From contig NW_027266292.1 of assembly GCF_022045235.1 (NCBI RefSeq), positions 124,001-188,000 on the forward strand: a stretch of DNA of 64,000 bases, written 5' to 3'. Under the pieces are notes generated by a model that searched no databases, was not told where the DNA came from, and saw only the letters and a list, made by a program, of their open reading frames with translations. The position numbers and the translations under genes are program-made. Source of the stretch: Haliotis cracherodii. Taxonomy: Eukaryota. Of this stretch, positions 62,827 through 64,000 are shown in pieces (within the stretch, counting starts at the first letter, position 1; the number at the start of each line of letters is the position of its first letter).

Positions 62827-63092
62827 GTGAGTTGGGCTTATCGCCGCTTTTAACAGTATTCCAGTTATTTCACGGCGTTTCAGCTTAATGTGGGAGGAAA
62901 GCCCGAAGTGATGCAGACGTTTACCACTTCGATGAAACCCACGGTCACGGGTATGGTGCTGACAAACCTAGAAACATAAACGGGGCGAACCGGGATTCGA
63001 ACCCACAATCATAGGTTTCTGGCGTGCCCAAGGGACGCAACTTTGCACAGCGAATCGCGGCGCCTTAGACGACTGGGCCACCCGTGCCCCCC
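62827..63092 (-). mobile_element. tRNA-derived SINE, family D
   Basis: Head TGGCCCAGTCGTCTAAGGCG...GGTTCGAATCCC; same 3' tail as family A; 12-bp TSD TGAAAGGAATGA (62815-62826 and 63093-63104). Confidence 0.8.
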
Positions 63093-63538
63093 TGAAAGGA
63101 ATGATCTTATGGACTTTGAATAATAATATTTCTTCTAAATGCGATAAACTTCAACCAGACAATCATACGCTTTCCCCTTCGGTGCCATCTCTGGCAGTGA
63201 AAACAGAACAATGGAATTTGATAACTGATATCACATCTCAAAACAAACACAGCGCGAGGTAGTACGTGGCAATTATTACACACCCTGGAATATTATCTAA
63301 AAACATACACCTACAAAATAAATGGAACCCAGAGCTGACTCAATCTCGACTTTATTCTAAACTTTAGTTGGAATCCTTTTTAGCGTATTCTCCGGGGTCT
63401 AACAGACCTACTGCCTCATTCTGCGTGTAAGGCTTCGACACAATATAGATTGAGAACAAAGGCGAAGAATTTGTTGGTCAGATTTATTCATGTATCACAG
63501 ATAAAAAATGATGGACTATTCAGATTCAGCAACAATCA

Positions 63539-64000
63539 TCACCACGGCCTCCATGGAACCTGTTGCTCCGTCTTGATTTGTTGAGAGTAGGACCACGTGC
63601 TCTGCAGCCACGCCCTCACTCTCGAGTCATCAAAGTTTTTGTGGATTCTGCTCGACTCCATTTTACAAAGTTCTGAATCTGAGAGATTGGATGAGTGATA
63701 GTGTCCGGTTCTGGGGATGGATTGTTTGATAATGTCAGGAGAACCAGCATATCCACTGTCTGAAAAACTGTTGTCCTCCTTCACAGGGGAAGTGCTCATG
63801 TACGCATGCGCAGCCGGATGCGGATATTGGGAATTGCGGGAAGGCACTGCGCTCAGTCTCTCATAGCATTGACTTGTGTATGACGTCACATCATCTGTTG
63901 ATGACGTCACGGGCACCTGTTGAATGTGCGTCATACGTCGAGAGATGTGTTTTCTCAGCTGACGGTGTACATTGTCCGACACCCCTGGTAGAGACTGAAT
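63539..64000 (-). CDS. hes: HES-like repressor, copy 8 (3' part of the last exon only)
   Basis: Open frame from the window edge to WRPW-TGA; near-identical to exon 3 of copies 2, 3 and 7, with a 12-bp in-frame deletion (YMSTSPVK). Confidence 0.9.
   Translation of the reverse strand: MQSLPGVSDNVHRQLRKHISRRMTHIQQVPVTSSTDDVTSYTSQCYERLSAVPSRNSQYPHPAAHAYMSTSPVKEDNSFSDSGYAGSPDIIKQSIPRTGHYHSSNLSDSELCKMESSRIHKNFDDSRVRAWLQSTWSYSQQIKTEQQVPWRPW

Noticed and set aside
1-64000. Bearded-family or other non-bHLH genes interleaved as in the fly E(spl) complex
   Set aside because: No spacer ORF with recognisable Brd-family features was seen; small spliced genes cannot be fully excluded without RNA data.

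Overview
Eukaryotic (metazoan) genomic DNA, AT-rich, with two assembly gaps. The repeat content resembles mollusc SINEs, possibly gastropod or abalone; this is recall, not a search result. The window is filled by a head-to-tail, minus-strand tandem array of at least 8 Hairy/Enhancer-of-split (HES, bHLH-Orange-WRPW) genes spaced about 7-12 kb apart. Six copies are complete 3-exon genes of 260-264 aa and two are cut by the window edges, so the array may continue on both sides. All reading frames are intact and all indels are in frame. Every visible basic region has Leu, Ile or Met in place of the diagnostic HES proline. The units carry a repeated regulatory kit: a TATA/CCAAT promoter with a Hairy class-C site, an N-box and a Su(H)/CSL site (kept in some copies, lost in others), an intron-1 motif, several families of conserved non-coding blocks per spacer, K-box (miR-2 family) sites in otherwise unalignable 3' UTRs, and a DSGYxGS phosphodegron. 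Together this looks like an E(spl)-complex-like cluster in a non-arthropod, shaped by gene conversion and unequal crossover; gene 5 appears to be a gene 4/gene 6 chimera. The spacers also hold four SINE-like families with a shared or related 3' tail, MITEs, foldbacks and a palindromic element carrying a minimal hammerhead-ribozyme-like motif. All coordinates and alignments were read by eye.
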